From Alphaproteobacteria bacterium (GTDB lineage Bacteria > Pseudomonadota > Alphaproteobacteria > GCA-2746255): a stretch of 64,000 nucleotides of DNA. Positions 41,299 through 51,208 of the stretch are shown piece after piece. Made by a program: the position numbers and the translations under genes. How positions within the stretch are numbered: position 1 is the first letter of the stretch; every line of letters begins with the position of its first letter. Under the pieces are notes generated by a model, which saw only the letters and a program-made list of their open reading frames with translations, did not search any database and had not been told where the DNA came from. The DNA lies in assembly GCA_021296325.1 (NCBI GenBank), contig JAGWAR010000001.1, positions 151,159-215,158 on the forward strand, read 5' to 3'.

Positions 41299-42203
41299 CG
41301 GAGGACGGAAAGCGCCGCGGGCTTGGGCGTGGGCTTGCGTCATTGCTGGGAGAAGAAGCGGAAGATTACGCCTCCCTCGACCGGGTGCGTCAGGGCAAAA
41401 CGATCTCTCTCGATTTGTTGCGTCCCGGCCGCCACCAGCCGCGCCACCGTTTCGATGAAACGGCGATCGACGCGCTCGCCCAATCCATTCGCGAGAAGGG
41501 AATCCTGCAGCCCATTCTCGTGCGCCGGATCGACGACGGCGATCATTACGAAATCATTGCCGGCGAACGGCGCTGGCGGGCCGCCCAGATCGCCGGCCTG
41601 CACGAAGTGCCCGTCCTTGTCCGCAACCTGACGGACAGCGACGCGCTTGAGATCGCGCTTGTCGAAAACGTTCAACGCCAGGACCTCACGCCGTTGGAAG
41701 AAGCGGAAGGCTATCAGCGCCTGATCGATGAGTTTGCGCACACCCAGGAAGACCTCTCGAAAGCGGTCGGCAAAAGCAGAAGCCACATTGCCAACATGCT
41801 GCGCCTTTTGAACCTGCCACCGAAGATTCGGGAAATGCTGGAAAGCGGCGAGTTGAGCGCCGGGCACGGCCGCGCCATCCTTAACGCGACAAACATGGAA
41901 AGCCTTGCCAAGGAGGTCGTGCGAAAGGGGTTGAACGTGCGGCAAACGGAAGCGTTGGTTCGCCGTCAGCAAAAAGGCGAAACAACGGCAAGACCAGTGC
42001 CGATCACCAAGGACGCGGACACGCTGGCGCTGGAGCGCGATCTTTCCGCGCTATTGGGGTTGCGCGTCACCGTGCGCTTTCACGGCAAGAAGGGGGGCGA
42101 GTTGATCGTGCACTACCAGACGCTCGAACAGCTCGATGACGTCTTGCGCCGCTTGAGTCACCCGTCTTCGGATGGGCATGGGATGAAAGATTCGGACAGT
42201 TAG
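41295..42203 (+). CDS. parB: Chromosome partitioning protein ParB
   Basis: GLGRGL, QPR, GILQPI, AGERRWRA (CTP-binding), ENVQR and HTH. Confidence 0.97.
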   Translation: MTEDGKRRGLGRGLASLLGEEAEDYASLDRVRQGKTISLDLLRPGRHQPRHRFDETAIDALAQSIREKGILQPILVRRIDDGDHYEIIAGERRWRAAQIAGLHEVPVLVRNLTDSDALEIALVENVQRQDLTPLEEAEGYQRLIDEFAHTQEDLSKAVGKSRSHIANMLRLLNLPPKIREMLESGELSAGHGRAILNATNMESLAKEVVRKGLNVRQTEALVRRQQKGETTARPVPITKDADTLALERDLSALLGLRVTVRFHGKKGGELIVHYQTLEQLDDVLRRLSHPSSDGHGMKDSDS

Positions 42204-43219
42204 CCTTCCTTGCCGCTGCGCGTGGCGAGTTCAAGCAACGTACGATCACAAATGGCTTTCGCTGGCAGGCCGCTCGATTTGCAGGCCACTTCGCGTTCGG
42301 CCAAAAGCGCGAGCGCCCGGCCGAGGGCGGGCAGCGACCAGCGCCCCGCCTGTTCGCGAAAAGCCGGCACGCGCTTGAAAAACACTTGTGGTTTCAATGT
42401 CTTCAGAGCCTCGCCCGGATTCTCGCCCCGGTCCATGTGGCTGCGCACGAGGTGCAGCCTCAAAAAATGGTGGCTGGTCGCACGCAGGATGGCGACCGGG
42501 GACGAGCCTTCCAGGTGCACGCGTTCCAGCGCCTCTTCAAGCGAGGACCGCGCCCCCTGGCCGACCGCGAAGGCAATATCTTCCAGCGTAAGCGTCGAGC
42601 TGTCGCCGATTGATTCGACAACGTCGGTCAACGTCACCCGTTCGTTGCCTTCGACGTAGAGTTTCAGCTTTTCAAGCTCGCGGCGCGTTACCAGCCGGTC
42701 GCCGCCAAGGTGGTTCAGCAGATAGCTTCGCGCGTCCAGGTCGATCTCGAGTGGATGCAACGCCTCCCGGATGATGCGTTCGAGGCCAGCGCCTTCGTCA
42801 CCGTAACAGGGCACGGCAGCCGCTTGTTTGTCGTCTTCGAAGAGGCGGCGAAGCGTGGAGCGCGGGCCAAGCTCGTCCGCGCCGAGCAGCAGCAACGCCT
42901 CGCCCTTTGGCTCGGCCAGGAAATCACGCAGGGAAGGTGTCAACGCATCGCTCGCCGAAAGGATGCGAACGACACGCCGCCCTCCGGTAAGGGCCAAGGC
43001 GGAGGCTTCTTCGACCAGACGCGCCGGATCCTTCCGGATGTCGGCGGCCTGAAGCTCGCTCAGGCAAAACGGATCGTCCGGGTCTTCCAGAACGGCGGCG
43101 ATCAGGCTTGCAAGGCGTTCGTGCACCTGGCCCGCGTCCCGTCCGTAAACCAGAACGGCGCGCGTTTCCGGATCGGGAGACTGTAGAAAGGAATCGATTT
43201 GTCTCGGCGCGATTTTCAT
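42200..43219 (-). CDS. holA: DNA polymerase III delta subunit
   Basis: LVYGRDAG and ELEKLKLY motifs; leuS-lptE-holA synteny. Confidence 0.9.
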   Translation of the reverse strand: MKIAPRQIDSFLQSPDPETRAVLVYGRDAGQVHERLASLIAAVLEDPDDPFCLSELQAADIRKDPARLVEEASALALTGGRRVVRILSASDALTPSLRDFLAEPKGEALLLLGADELGPRSTLRRLFEDDKQAAAVPCYGDEGAGLERIIREALHPLEIDLDARSYLLNHLGGDRLVTRRELEKLKLYVEGNERVTLTDVVESIGDSSTLTLEDIAFAVGQGARSSLEEALERVHLEGSSPVAILRATSHHFLRLHLVRSHMDRGENPGEALKTLKPQVFFKRVPAFREQAGRWSLPALGRALALLAEREVACKSSGLPAKAICDRTLLELATRSGKEG

Positions 43220-43228
43220 TACACGCGT

Positions 43229-43747
43229 CTACGGCGCCATGGAATTCTGGCGGCTCAAATGAATGGCGAGGCTTGTCTTTATGTTGTCGCTTATTTTCTG
43301 AATGAGGCGCGATCGAATGTCCTGCTCGGCAGCCAGCGTTGCAAAATCGGACTCAAGAATATTGTAACTTCCCACGGTTTTTTTCTCGGAGCGGAAAACG
43401 GGCTGCCGCGTCGTGCTGTCGTAGAGCGTATATTTCACGTGCAGGCGCAAATTTGCACGCGTCGCCGTTTCGTCCTTGCGGATGCCGAGTTCCTGAATGT
43501 TTTCGGTCGCCGCAACGCGCAACAGATAGCGCGGCCGGGACGGCACGCCCATCGGTGTCAGGCGATCGAGGAGGGCGTTCCGAAATTCCTGGCCGAGGCG
43601 GTCCGGGATCGGTTCGATCTTGATCAGCGCGAGCTCGCTGTCGGCACCGCTGGCTGCGCTTCCTCCATGTCCGTGAAGCGGGCGAAAGCCGCACGCCGCC
43701 AAACTCAACAGCGTCGCAACCAGAACGGCGTTTCTAAAGGACCACAT
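43229..43747 (-). CDS. lptE: LPS assembly lipoprotein LptE
   Basis: Lipobox LAAC followed by GFRPLH; between leuS and holA. Confidence 0.85.
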   Translation of the reverse strand: MWSFRNAVLVATLLSLAACGFRPLHGHGGSAASGADSELALIKIEPIPDRLGQEFRNALLDRLTPMGVPSRPRYLLRVAATENIQELGIRKDETATRANLRLHVKYTLYDSTTRQPVFRSEKKTVGSYNILESDFATLAAEQDIRSRLIQKISDNIKTSLAIHLSRQNSMAP

Positions 43748-46307
43748 TGATCACCCGATTCGGGACGACGACGACGCGGCGGACCGGTTTTTCCTTGCAG
43801 AGCTTGGCCACGGCAGGCAGGGCCAAGGCCGCCGCCTCGGCGTCCGCCTGGACGGCGTCTCGCGGCAGCTCGACGGTTCCGCGAAGCTTGCCATTGACCT
43901 GCACGGCGATGGTCAGCGTCGCGTCCACAATAAGCCCTGGATCGGCCTCGGGCCAAGGCGTGTCGGCAAGAAGCGTTCCATGGCCGAGGGTCTCCCAGAG
44001 TTCCTCGGCAAGGTGGGGGGTCATCGGATGGACGAGGCGGGTGACCGTCTCGAGCCCTTCCCGCAGGACCCAGGCGCCGTCCGCGCCGTCCGCGCCGTCC
44101 AGTTCGGCCAGCGTGTTCGTGAGCTCGCGGATGCGGGCGATCGCCCGGTTGAAGTGAAACCGCTCCAGATCCTGGGTGACGGCGGCGACCGCCTTGTGGG
44201 TCGCCTGATGGGCCGCCATTGCCCGTTCGCCGAGGGTGGCGGGTTGTGTTGTACCGGCCGGCGGCAGCGCCATGGGCGGTTCCGTCACCAGCCGCCACAA
44301 CCGGTTGGCATAACGCCACGCCCCTTCGATCCCGGCTTCCGTCCATTCGAGGTCGCGGTCCGGGGGGCTGTCCGACAGCATGAACAGACGCGCCGTGTCC
44401 GCGCCATAGGCTTGGATGATCGCTTCCGGATCGACGGTGTTCTTCTTCGACTTGCTCATTTTTTCGAGGCGGCCGACCGTGACCGGCTTGTCCGTCGCGG
44501 CGGTGACGACGTTGTTTCCTTTCCGCTGCACCTCGTTGAGGTGGAGCCAGCCCCCTTTTTCGTCGCGATAAGTTTCGTGGGTCACCATGCCCTGGGTCAG
44601 AAGCCCGGCGAAAGGTTCGGCCAAGTCGAGGTAGCCGCAATCGCGCAGCGCCCGGGTGAAAAAACGCGAGTACAGCAGATGCAGGACGGCATGTTCAATG
44701 CCACCGATATATTGATCGACCGGCATCCAATACTTGGTTGCCTTCGCATCGAAGGCGGCCTGGTCCAGATGCGGCGAACAGAATCTGAGGAAGTACCAGG
44801 ACGATTCGAAAAACGTATCGAAGGTATCCGTTTCGCGTTGCGCCGGTTGTTTGCAGGTTGGGCAGTCCACCTGCTTCCAGGTGGGATGGTGGTCGAGCGG
44901 ATTGCCGGGCTTTTCGAAACGAACGTCCTCGGGCAGTTCCACCGGCAGCTCCTTTTCCGGCACCGGGACGATGCCGCACGCCCCGCAATGAACAACGGGA
45001 ATGGGACATCCCCAATAACGCTGTCGGGAAACGCCCCAGTCGCGCAAGCGGTAGGCAGTTTCGCGTTTGCCAAGGCCTGCCTTTTCGAAGGCGTCCGCAA
45101 CCTTGTGCTTCGCTTCCTCGACGCCAAGACCGTCGAGAAAATCCGAATCGATCAGCGTGCCGTCTTCCGTATAGGGGGCCGTGTCGATCGGGGACGCATC
45201 GCCGTCGGGGCCGGCGACGACGCGGCGGATGGGCAGGTCGTATTTGCGGGCGAAGTCGAAGTCGCGCTGGTCGTGGGCCGGGCAGCCGAAGATGGCGCCG
45301 CTGCCATATTCCATGAGCACGAAATTGGCGACATAAACGGGAAGCGTGCGGCCCTTCACGAAGGGATGCTCGGCGACAAGCCCGGTGTCGTGACCCTTTT
45401 TTTCGGCGGTTTCGATGGCTTCTTCGCTTAGGCCTTGCCGGTTGCAGGCTTGGATGAAGGCGTCGAGTTCGGCGTCTTTTCTGGCCAGTTCGCCGGCCAG
45501 CGGATGATTCGGCGCCAGCGCCAGGAAGGCCGCGCCAAAAATCGTGTCGGCACGGGTCGTATAGACCTCGACTTCGCCGCCAGCGCCCCCCCCGGCGTGC
45601 TTTAGCGGAAAACGCAGGCGCATGCCTTCCGATTTACCGATCCAGTTTTCCTGCATGAGGCGCACGCGCTCGGGCCAGCGGTCGAGCCCTTCCAGCGCCC
45701 CGATCAGTTCTTCGGCGTAAGCCGTGATCTTCAGGAACCACTGGGAAAGTTTCTTGCGTTCGACCGGCGCGCCGGAACGCCAGCCACAACCGTCGATGAC
45801 CTGTTCGTTCGCCAGCACCGTCTGATCGACGGGGTCCCAGTTCACCCAGGACTCCTTACGATAGACGAGACCCTTTTTTAGGAAATCGAGAAACATCTTT
45901 TGTTCGTGGCGGTAGTAGTCCGGCGAACAGGACGCCACTTCGCGCGACCAGTCGTAGGACAGGCCCATTGCCTTCAGCTGGTCGCGCATGTGCGAAATGT
46001 TTTTCCACGTCCACTCGGCGGGGTGGGTCTTGTTTTCGATCGCCGCGTTTTCCGCCGGCATACCGAACGCATCCCACCCCATCGGGTGCAGCACGTTATA
46101 GCCTTGTGCGCGCTTGAACCGGGCGACAACGTCGCCAAGCGTGTAGTTGCGCACGTGCCCCATATGGATGCGGCCCGAAGGATAGGGAAACATTTCAAGT
46201 ACGTAGTATTTCTTGCGGCCTTCTACTTCCTTCACCGCAAAGGTTTGCCGCTCGGCCCAGATTGCCTGCCACTTCTGTTCGGCTTTTCGAAAGTTGTAGC
46301 GCGACAT
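43734..46307 (-). CDS. leuS: Leucine--tRNA ligase
   Basis: [13 protein letters not shown] (HIGH), [11 protein letters not shown] and KMSKS; start ATG 46307. Confidence 0.99.
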   Translation of the reverse strand: MSRYNFRKAEQKWQAIWAERQTFAVKEVEGRKKYYVLEMFPYPSGRIHMGHVRNYTLGDVVARFKRAQGYNVLHPMGWDAFGMPAENAAIENKTHPAEWTWKNISHMRDQLKAMGLSYDWSREVASCSPDYYRHEQKMFLDFLKKGLVYRKESWVNWDPVDQTVLANEQVIDGCGWRSGAPVERKKLSQWFLKITAYAEELIGALEGLDRWPERVRLMQENWIGKSEGMRLRFPLKHAGGGAGGEVEVYTTRADTIFGAAFLALAPNHPLAGELARKDAELDAFIQACNRQGLSEEAIETAEKKGHDTGLVAEHPFVKGRTLPVYVANFVLMEYGSGAIFGCPAHDQRDFDFARKYDLPIRRVVAGPDGDASPIDTAPYTEDGTLIDSDFLDGLGVEEAKHKVADAFEKAGLGKRETAYRLRDWGVSRQRYWGCPIPVVHCGACGIVPVPEKELPVELPEDVRFEKPGNPLDHHPTWKQVDCPTCKQPAQRETDTFDTFFESSWYFLRFCSPHLDQAAFDAKATKYWMPVDQYIGGIEHAVLHLLYSRFFTRALRDCGYLDLAEPFAGLLTQGMVTHETYRDEKGGWLHLNEVQRKGNNVVTAATDKPVTVGRLEKMSKSKKNTVDPEAIIQAYGADTARLFMLSDSPPDRDLEWTEAGIEGAWRYANRLWRLVTEPPMALPPAGTTQPATLGERAMAAHQATHKAVAAVTQDLERFHFNRAIARIRELTNTLAELDGADGADGAWVLREGLETVTRLVHPMTPHLAEELWETLGHGTLLADTPWPEADPGLIVDATLTIAVQVNGKLRGTVELPRDAVQADAEAAALALPAVAKLCKEKPVRRVVVVPNRVINVVL

Positions 46308-46376
46308 GGCTGGCATTGTTCCCTGCCTTGGGTGCCGTCGCAAGGCCCGCTAGGGGAAGGGGCGTTTATCCCGGCG

Positions 46377-46877
46377 CTATTCGGCGGTTTGGTTGATCCG
46401 TAACTGACGCGCCCGGGTAAGAATGTTGTCTTCAAGCTCGATGACGGTCTTTGGCTCCACTTCCGCATCCGCCCAGACACCGTCGGCTTGGCGCACTTGG
46501 CGGAAGGCGGCAACCCGAAGACCGTCCGCGCGAAGCTCGCGGCCCAGGATGTACACGGTGAGCTTGAAGCGTTCGCCCGGCGATTCGGGCGGCGCGTACC
46601 AGTCCGTGATGATGATTCCGCCGAAGGGATCGGCGGAAGCCAGCGGCATGAAGGAAGTCGTGTCGAGGGCGGCGCGCCACAAATAGGCATTGATGCCGGC
46701 GTTGGTCACGCCGGCGGTTCCGGTCCCAAGGGCCGCCGTCGAATCGCTTGCACGGGAGGTTTTTTTCCGGTCCGGCAAGGCGGGGTTCTGGCTCCAGATC
46801 CCCTCGACGATCGAGCAACCCCCCACCAGACCGGCCAGCAAAAGGGCCACGAAACTTCGCTTCCAGCTTTGCATCAT
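46377..46877 (-). CDS. DUF3576 family lipoprotein
   Basis: NAYLWRAALDT, DPFGGIIITDWY and ILTRARQLR; upstream of leuS as in other alphaproteobacteria. Confidence 0.85.
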   Translation of the reverse strand: MMQSWKRSFVALLLAGLVGGCSIVEGIWSQNPALPDRKKTSRASDSTAALGTGTAGVTNAGINAYLWRAALDTTSFMPLASADPFGGIIITDWYAPPESPGERFKLTVYILGRELRADGLRVAAFRQVRQADGVWADAEVEPKTVIELEDNILTRARQLRINQTAE

Positions 46878-46941
46878 TTGGCCGGAGTATGCCCGAATTG
46901 TTTGGCCGACTTCCAGCGGAAACTTAGAGAAACCGGGGCTT

Positions 46942-47523
46942 TTAAAGGATCAAGGGGACCGCGTCGCCAAGGGCGGAGACGGCGGCGATGCCGACGGCGC
47001 CGGAATCGCGAAGGCGACGGGCTGCTAGAGCGTCAATGCCGCCAAGCCCATAGACCGGCAAATGGGCCTGGTGGGCGAGACGCGCAAAGCGCACGATTCC
47101 AAGCGGGCACGCCCCGGGATGGCTTTTCGTCGGAAAAAGGGGCGCCAGCAGCACCGCGTCCGCCCCGGCCGCCTCGGCATGGTGAAGAGCGGCTTCGGAG
47201 TGGGCCGCCGCCGTGATGAGCCAGTCCGGCCGCCGCCGCCGCCAACCGTAACCGACGCTGATCTGCCCGCGTGCCAGCCATTCCGGCAGATGCAGCCCGT
47301 CGGCGCCAACCGCCGCGGCGAGGCGGCCATCGCCTGCGATCAGCAGACGTAGCCCGCGCGCGCGGCAAAGCGTCGCCAGGCGCCGGGCAAGGAGGTGCCG
47401 GTTCGCCGCGTCGTAGTGGCGAAGAATGACCAGGCTTCCCCGCGGCAAGGCAAAAACGGCCGGTTCCGGGTCCGGGAAGCGCGCCGCATCCGTAAGATGG
47501 ATGAGTGGCGGCAGTTTTTTCAC
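46942..47523 (-). CDS. Thiamine phosphate synthase/TenI-like TIM-barrel protein
   Basis: ADGLHL, AAHS, PLFPTKSHPG and YGLGGI; GTG start at 47523 inferred. Confidence 0.8.
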   Translation of the reverse strand: MKKLPPLIHLTDAARFPDPEPAVFALPRGSLVILRHYDAANRHLLARRLATLCRARGLRLLIAGDGRLAAAVGADGLHLPEWLARGQISVGYGWRRRRPDWLITAAAHSEAALHHAEAAGADAVLLAPLFPTKSHPGACPLGIVRFARLAHQAHLPVYGLGGIDALAARRLRDSGAVGIAAVSALGDAVPLIL

Positions 47524-47644
47524 GTTCCGCCGTGCCGGCCTTGGGTGAAAAACGCCGGGACGAAGGAGGGTCAAGCGATTCGGTGGAATCCCCGGCACGA
47601 CCTTTCTATCCTCGAAAGACGAAACAATCCACGAAGGTGCCACG

Positions 47645-48352
47645 ATGGCGAACGATCTGCAAAGCAGCCCAAACGATCCGCCGGCGGCGGTCGGGGAAAA
47701 AATCCTCGCCCTTCGCGCCGAGGTGGAAATCGCCGCCAGCAGGCTTCGCCTGGCGAAAGCCCCCCCCGTTCTTGTCGCGGTAACAAAGAAGGTGCCGGAA
47801 GCGGCCATTCGCGAGGCCCTGGAAACCGGCCAACGCGTCTTTGGGGAAAACCGCGTCCAGGAAGCGGCGGAAAAATGGCCGGCGCTGCGCGATGCCTATC
47901 CCGATATCGAGCTTCACCTCATCGGCCCGCTGCAGACGAACAAGGTGAAGCAGGCCATCGGTCTCTTCGACGTGATCGAAACCCTCGACCGGCCAAAGCT
48001 TGCGAAGGCCCTTGCCAGGGAGCGGAACGACGGCGCCCGCCTGCCCCGGCTGTTCGTCCAGGTGAACACCGGCGAGGAAGCACAGAAAGCGGGCGTCTTG
48101 CCCGCCGAAACCGGGGCCTTCCTTGCCCTTTGCCGGAACGAGCTGGGCCTGGTTCCCGAAGGCCTCATGTGCGTTCCGCCGGTGGAGGAAGAAGCGGCGC
48201 TGCACTTTGCCCTGCTTCACGAAATCGCGCGGGCGAACGCGCTGGAGGGGCTTAGCATGGGGATGAGCGGCGATTACGAAACGGCCCTCAATTTCGGCGC
48301 GAGTCACGTGCGGCTCGGAACGGCGATCTTCGGCCCGCGAGGCGAAGCTTAA
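47645..48352 (+). CDS. yggS: PLP homeostasis protein YggS
   Basis: LVAVTK, FGENRVQE, HLIGPLQTNK, LSMGMSGD and VRLGTAIFG. Confidence 0.96.
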   Translation: MANDLQSSPNDPPAAVGEKILALRAEVEIAASRLRLAKAPPVLVAVTKKVPEAAIREALETGQRVFGENRVQEAAEKWPALRDAYPDIELHLIGPLQTNKVKQAIGLFDVIETLDRPKLAKALARERNDGARLPRLFVQVNTGEEAQKAGVLPAETGAFLALCRNELGLVPEGLMCVPPVEEEAALHFALLHEIARANALEGLSMGMSGDYETALNFGASHVRLGTAIFGPRGEA

Positions 48353-48861
48353 GGCGCGTCTGAAGAAATCCTGAGTTTCGAACTTTCGCTCGCCTCACGA
48401 AGAATTCTTTGCAAATCCTCCGAAGCGAGCGCGACGCAGCCTTCCGTGGGCGCGTAGTCGCCCGTTGCCAGGTGAACGAAAATAGCGCTGCCCTTGCCGG
48501 GCAAAACGGGAACGTCGTTAAAACCCGGAACCAGCAAGAGGTCGTACAGCGCATCCTCGCGCCACAGGTGTTCCGCGCTTGCCTCGAAAGGAAAAGTAAC
48601 GGGCCGGTTGTAATCGGCGTGTTCCGGCGCGTCGCACCAGCCGTCCTCGGTGCGGATAGCCGCCAGGGGCAAACGGGTTTCCGGTTCGGCCAGGCGGTCG
48701 GCCCGGTAAAGGACGCGCCGAAAGGCAAAGACGCCTTCCGGGGTGGCGCCGTCGCCCTCGCGCTTTTCCGGCCGGATGCCGGCGCGACCGAGCGCGCAGC
48801 GAAACTGCAAATCCCCCCACCGGGCGGTGCCATTCGCAAAGACGAAAAGGTCCATCGCCAA
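48349..48861 (-). CDS. L,D-transpeptidase (YkuD-like) family protein
   Basis: KREGDGATP and GSAIFVH...PTEGCVA (His...Cys catalytic motif). Confidence 0.88.
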   Translation of the reverse strand: MAMDLFVFANGTARWGDLQFRCALGRAGIRPEKREGDGATPEGVFAFRRVLYRADRLAEPETRLPLAAIRTEDGWCDAPEHADYNRPVTFPFEASAEHLWREDALYDLLLVPGFNDVPVLPGKGSAIFVHLATGDYAPTEGCVALASEDLQRILREASESSKLRISSDAP

Positions 48862-48897
48862 GCCTTATAGACGGCCTGGCGTCAACGGACAAAGGCT

Positions 48898-49440
48898 TCA
48901 GGCGTTAAGCCGCAACGACGGCGTATCGGGTAAGGTCAGGTTGTGGCCCTTTTCGTAGGCGTGCAATTGCCGGTCGAAACGGAGGGCGAAGGTCGTGGAG
49001 GCGTCTTCTTCTTTTTCCAGGGCCGATTCCTGCATACCCGCGAGCAGGGCCAGATCAAGCGAACTCCCAAAGCCCGTTTCCGGCGCTTGCCGGGCGGCGA
49101 TGGCAATGGGTTTGGCGTTGTCGTCGGAGAAGTAGGCAAGCACCGTTTCGCCGATGTCCTTGCCGGTGACTGCCTCGAAGGCGGTGTTCACGGCGGACCC
49201 GATCAGGCCGGGGATGCCGGCGAACAGTACGCCGCCGGCAAGCCGGGCGGCGGCGCCGATGTGGTCCCCTGTCCATTCGCGGTAAAGGCTTCCGACCACG
49301 GGCAGGTGCTGCAGCGGATTCACCGCGTCCAGCAAATCGCCGAAACTAAACCCGTCCTTGTCCCAAAGCGAGAAACCACCCTCACCGCGGGCGGAGGCGG
49401 TGGGCGTGGGCAGAGGCGTCGCGGCGACGGGTTCGACCAT
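48898..49440 (-). CDS. Hypothetical protein with DxxNPLQHLP motif
   Basis: GGAAGGGA RBS, ATG start and a sigma54 promoter; motif FGDLLDAVNPLQHLPVVGSLYREWTGD followed by a Gly-rich hydrophobic hairpin. Confidence 0.8.
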   Translation of the reverse strand: MVEPVAATPLPTPTASARGEGGFSLWDKDGFSFGDLLDAVNPLQHLPVVGSLYREWTGDHIGAAARLAGGVLFAGIPGLIGSAVNTAFEAVTGKDIGETVLAYFSDDNAKPIAIAARQAPETGFGSSLDLALLAGMQESALEKEEDASTTFALRFDRQLHAYEKGHNLTLPDTPSLRLNA

Positions 49441-49467
49441 TCGGATATCCCTTCCAGCAGGATTCGA

Positions 49468-49483
49468 AGCAAGGGCAGTGCCA
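49468..49483 (-). promoter_or_regulatory. sigma54 (-24/-12) promoter of the 48898-49440 gene
   Basis: Minus strand TGGCAC-TGCCC-TTGCT, an exact match to TGGCAC-N5-TTGCW, 28 nt before the ATG. Confidence 0.8.
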
Positions 49484-49562
49484 GAACGAGCGATGAAAAA
49501 CCGGTTCTAGATCACGTGGTTATGGCGCCCGCGTCGGGCGAGCGAGGCATCAAGGCGGTCAC

Positions 49563-49579
49563 GCGGCAAAAAATGCCGC
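49563..49579. promoter_or_regulatory. Enhancer-binding-protein site (FlbD ftr-like palindrome)
   Basis: GCGGCA-AAAAA-TGCCGC inverted repeat about 110 bp upstream of the predicted sigma54 start site. Confidence 0.55.
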
Positions 49580-49675
49580 CGCTTTTTTCCGCGGGCCTTC
49601 GGGAAAGGGGAAACGTGGTAAGATTGGAAATTCCAGGGTTCGGAGAAGAAAAACCGCCCGCCGGGAGGAGAATCC

Positions 49676-50365
49676 ATGACCAAGCAGCCGGGGAAATGCA
49701 TCCTGGTGATCGAGGATGACTCAAACCTTCGCCAATCCCTGGCCGAACAACTCCGGCTTCACGAGGAGTTCGAGGTCGACGAGGCGGGAGAGGGATCCGA
49801 GGGCCTGGAGATCGTCAAAAAGGGCCATCACGACCTGATCCTTCTGGACGTGCACCTGCCCGACATGGATGGGCGTGAAGTCTGCAAGCTCATTCGCCGG
49901 TCCGGCATTCTGACGCCCATCATCATGTTGACGGGGGCCGACTCGGAAGTGGACACCATCTTTGGTCTCGATTCGGGCGCCAACGACTACGTGACGAAAC
50001 CGTTCAAACTTGGCGTGCTGCTGGCCCGCATCCGTTCGCAGCTTCGCCAGCACGAACAAAGCGAAGACGCCGTCTTTACGATTGGTCCCTACCGTTTTCG
50101 GCCGAGCCTGCGGCAGCTGCAACTGGACGGCAAGGTGATCCGGCTGACGGACAAGGAAGCCGCCATCCTGAAATATCTCTGCCGGGTCGGCGAGCGAGTG
50201 GTAAGCCGCGACGTACTGTTGAGCGAGGTTTGGGGTTACAACGCGGGCGTCACGACGCACACGCTTGAGACCCACATCTACCGGCTTCGCCAGAAGATCG
50301 AACAGGACCCGGCGGACGCCAAGATCCTGGTGACGGAATCCGGCGGCTACCGCCTGAATGCCTGA
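49676..50365 (+). CDS. cenR: OmpR-family response regulator, probable CenR
   Basis: Receiver domain (ED, LLD, GANDYVTKPF) plus winged helix with VWGYNAGVTTHTLETHIYRLRQKIE; orphan regulator near yggS/leuS/parAB as for Caulobacter CenR. Confidence 0.72.
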   Translation: MTKQPGKCILVIEDDSNLRQSLAEQLRLHEEFEVDEAGEGSEGLEIVKKGHHDLILLDVHLPDMDGREVCKLIRRSGILTPIIMLTGADSEVDTIFGLDSGANDYVTKPFKLGVLLARIRSQLRQHEQSEDAVFTIGPYRFRPSLRQLQLDGKVIRLTDKEAAILKYLCRVGERVVSRDVLLSEVWGYNAGVTTHTLETHIYRLRQKIEQDPADAKILVTESGGYRLNA

Positions 50366-50389
50366 TCGCTGTTTCCGGATCGCGACGCC

Positions 50390-51199
50390 TTAAGCCGTGC
50401 TTGGCCAATCGAAAACGGCCACGACCGGCGCGTGGTCGGAAGGCCGTTCCCAACCCCTTGCCACTTTCAGGATTTCCGCCGAGACGAGACGTTTCTCAAG
50501 GGGCGCCGTCACCCAGATGTGGTCAAGGCGCCGCCCGCGATCCGACCCGGCCCAGTCGCGGGCCCGGTAGCTCCACCAGCTGTATAGCCGCTCGCTTTCC
50601 GGGATGAAACGGCGAACGGCATCGACCCAGCCGGCGCTGGCCCGAACCCGGTTCAGGCGTTCGACTTCTTCGGGCGTGTGGCTCACGACTTTCAGCAATT
50701 GCCGATGCGACCAGACATCCGTCTCGAGCGGCGCGACGTTGAGGTCACCGACCAGGATGGCGGGCCCGGCATCCGCCTGCGGACGGGCGAACCAGTCGGC
50801 CATTTCGTCGAGGAAGGCGAGCTTGTGGGCAAAGGAGGGATTCGTTTCGGGGTCCGGCACGTCGCCGCCGGCCGGCACGTAGAAATTATGAAGCGTAACG
50901 CCGCCGGGCAGGATGGCCGAGGCGTGGCGGCGGTCGTCGCGCGCGGCCCATTCCCGGCCACCGGGGTCGGCGAGGGGAAGGCGGGAGAGAATGGCAACCC
51001 CGTGATAGCCCTTCTGGCCGCGAATGACGGTCTGCGCGTAGCCCTTGTCGCGGAAGAAATCCCGGGGAAAAAGTGCGTCCACCACTTTCGTTTCCTGAAG
51101 GCACAGGACGTCGGGGGCGGCTTCTTCGATCAGGCGTTCGACCAGCGGCAAGCGCAGGCGAACGGAATTGACGTTCCAGCTTGCGATTTTGATCCGCAT
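50390..51199 (-). CDS. xth: Exodeoxyribonuclease III
   Basis: SWNVNS, LQETK, GDLNVA, YSWWSYR, RLDH and SDHAP. Confidence 0.95.
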   Translation of the reverse strand: MRIKIASWNVNSVRLRLPLVERLIEEAAPDVLCLQETKVVDALFPRDFFRDKGYAQTVIRGQKGYHGVAILSRLPLADPGGREWAARDDRRHASAILPGGVTLHNFYVPAGGDVPDPETNPSFAHKLAFLDEMADWFARPQADAGPAILVGDLNVAPLETDVWSHRQLLKVVSHTPEEVERLNRVRASAGWVDAVRRFIPESERLYSWWSYRARDWAGSDRGRRLDHIWVTAPLEKRLVSAEILKVARGWERPSDHAPVVAVFDWPSTA

Positions 51200-51208
51200 G
51201 GGCCCGCC

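Noticed and set aside
47592..47608. CCGGCACGACCTTTCT upstream of yggS as a sigma54 promoter
   Set aside because: The -12 element lacks TTGC/TTGA and no enhancer site is visible
49484..49498. GAAC-N7-GAAA next to the sigma54 promoter as a LexA box
   Set aside because: One mismatch in an 8-base motif; expected frequently by chance
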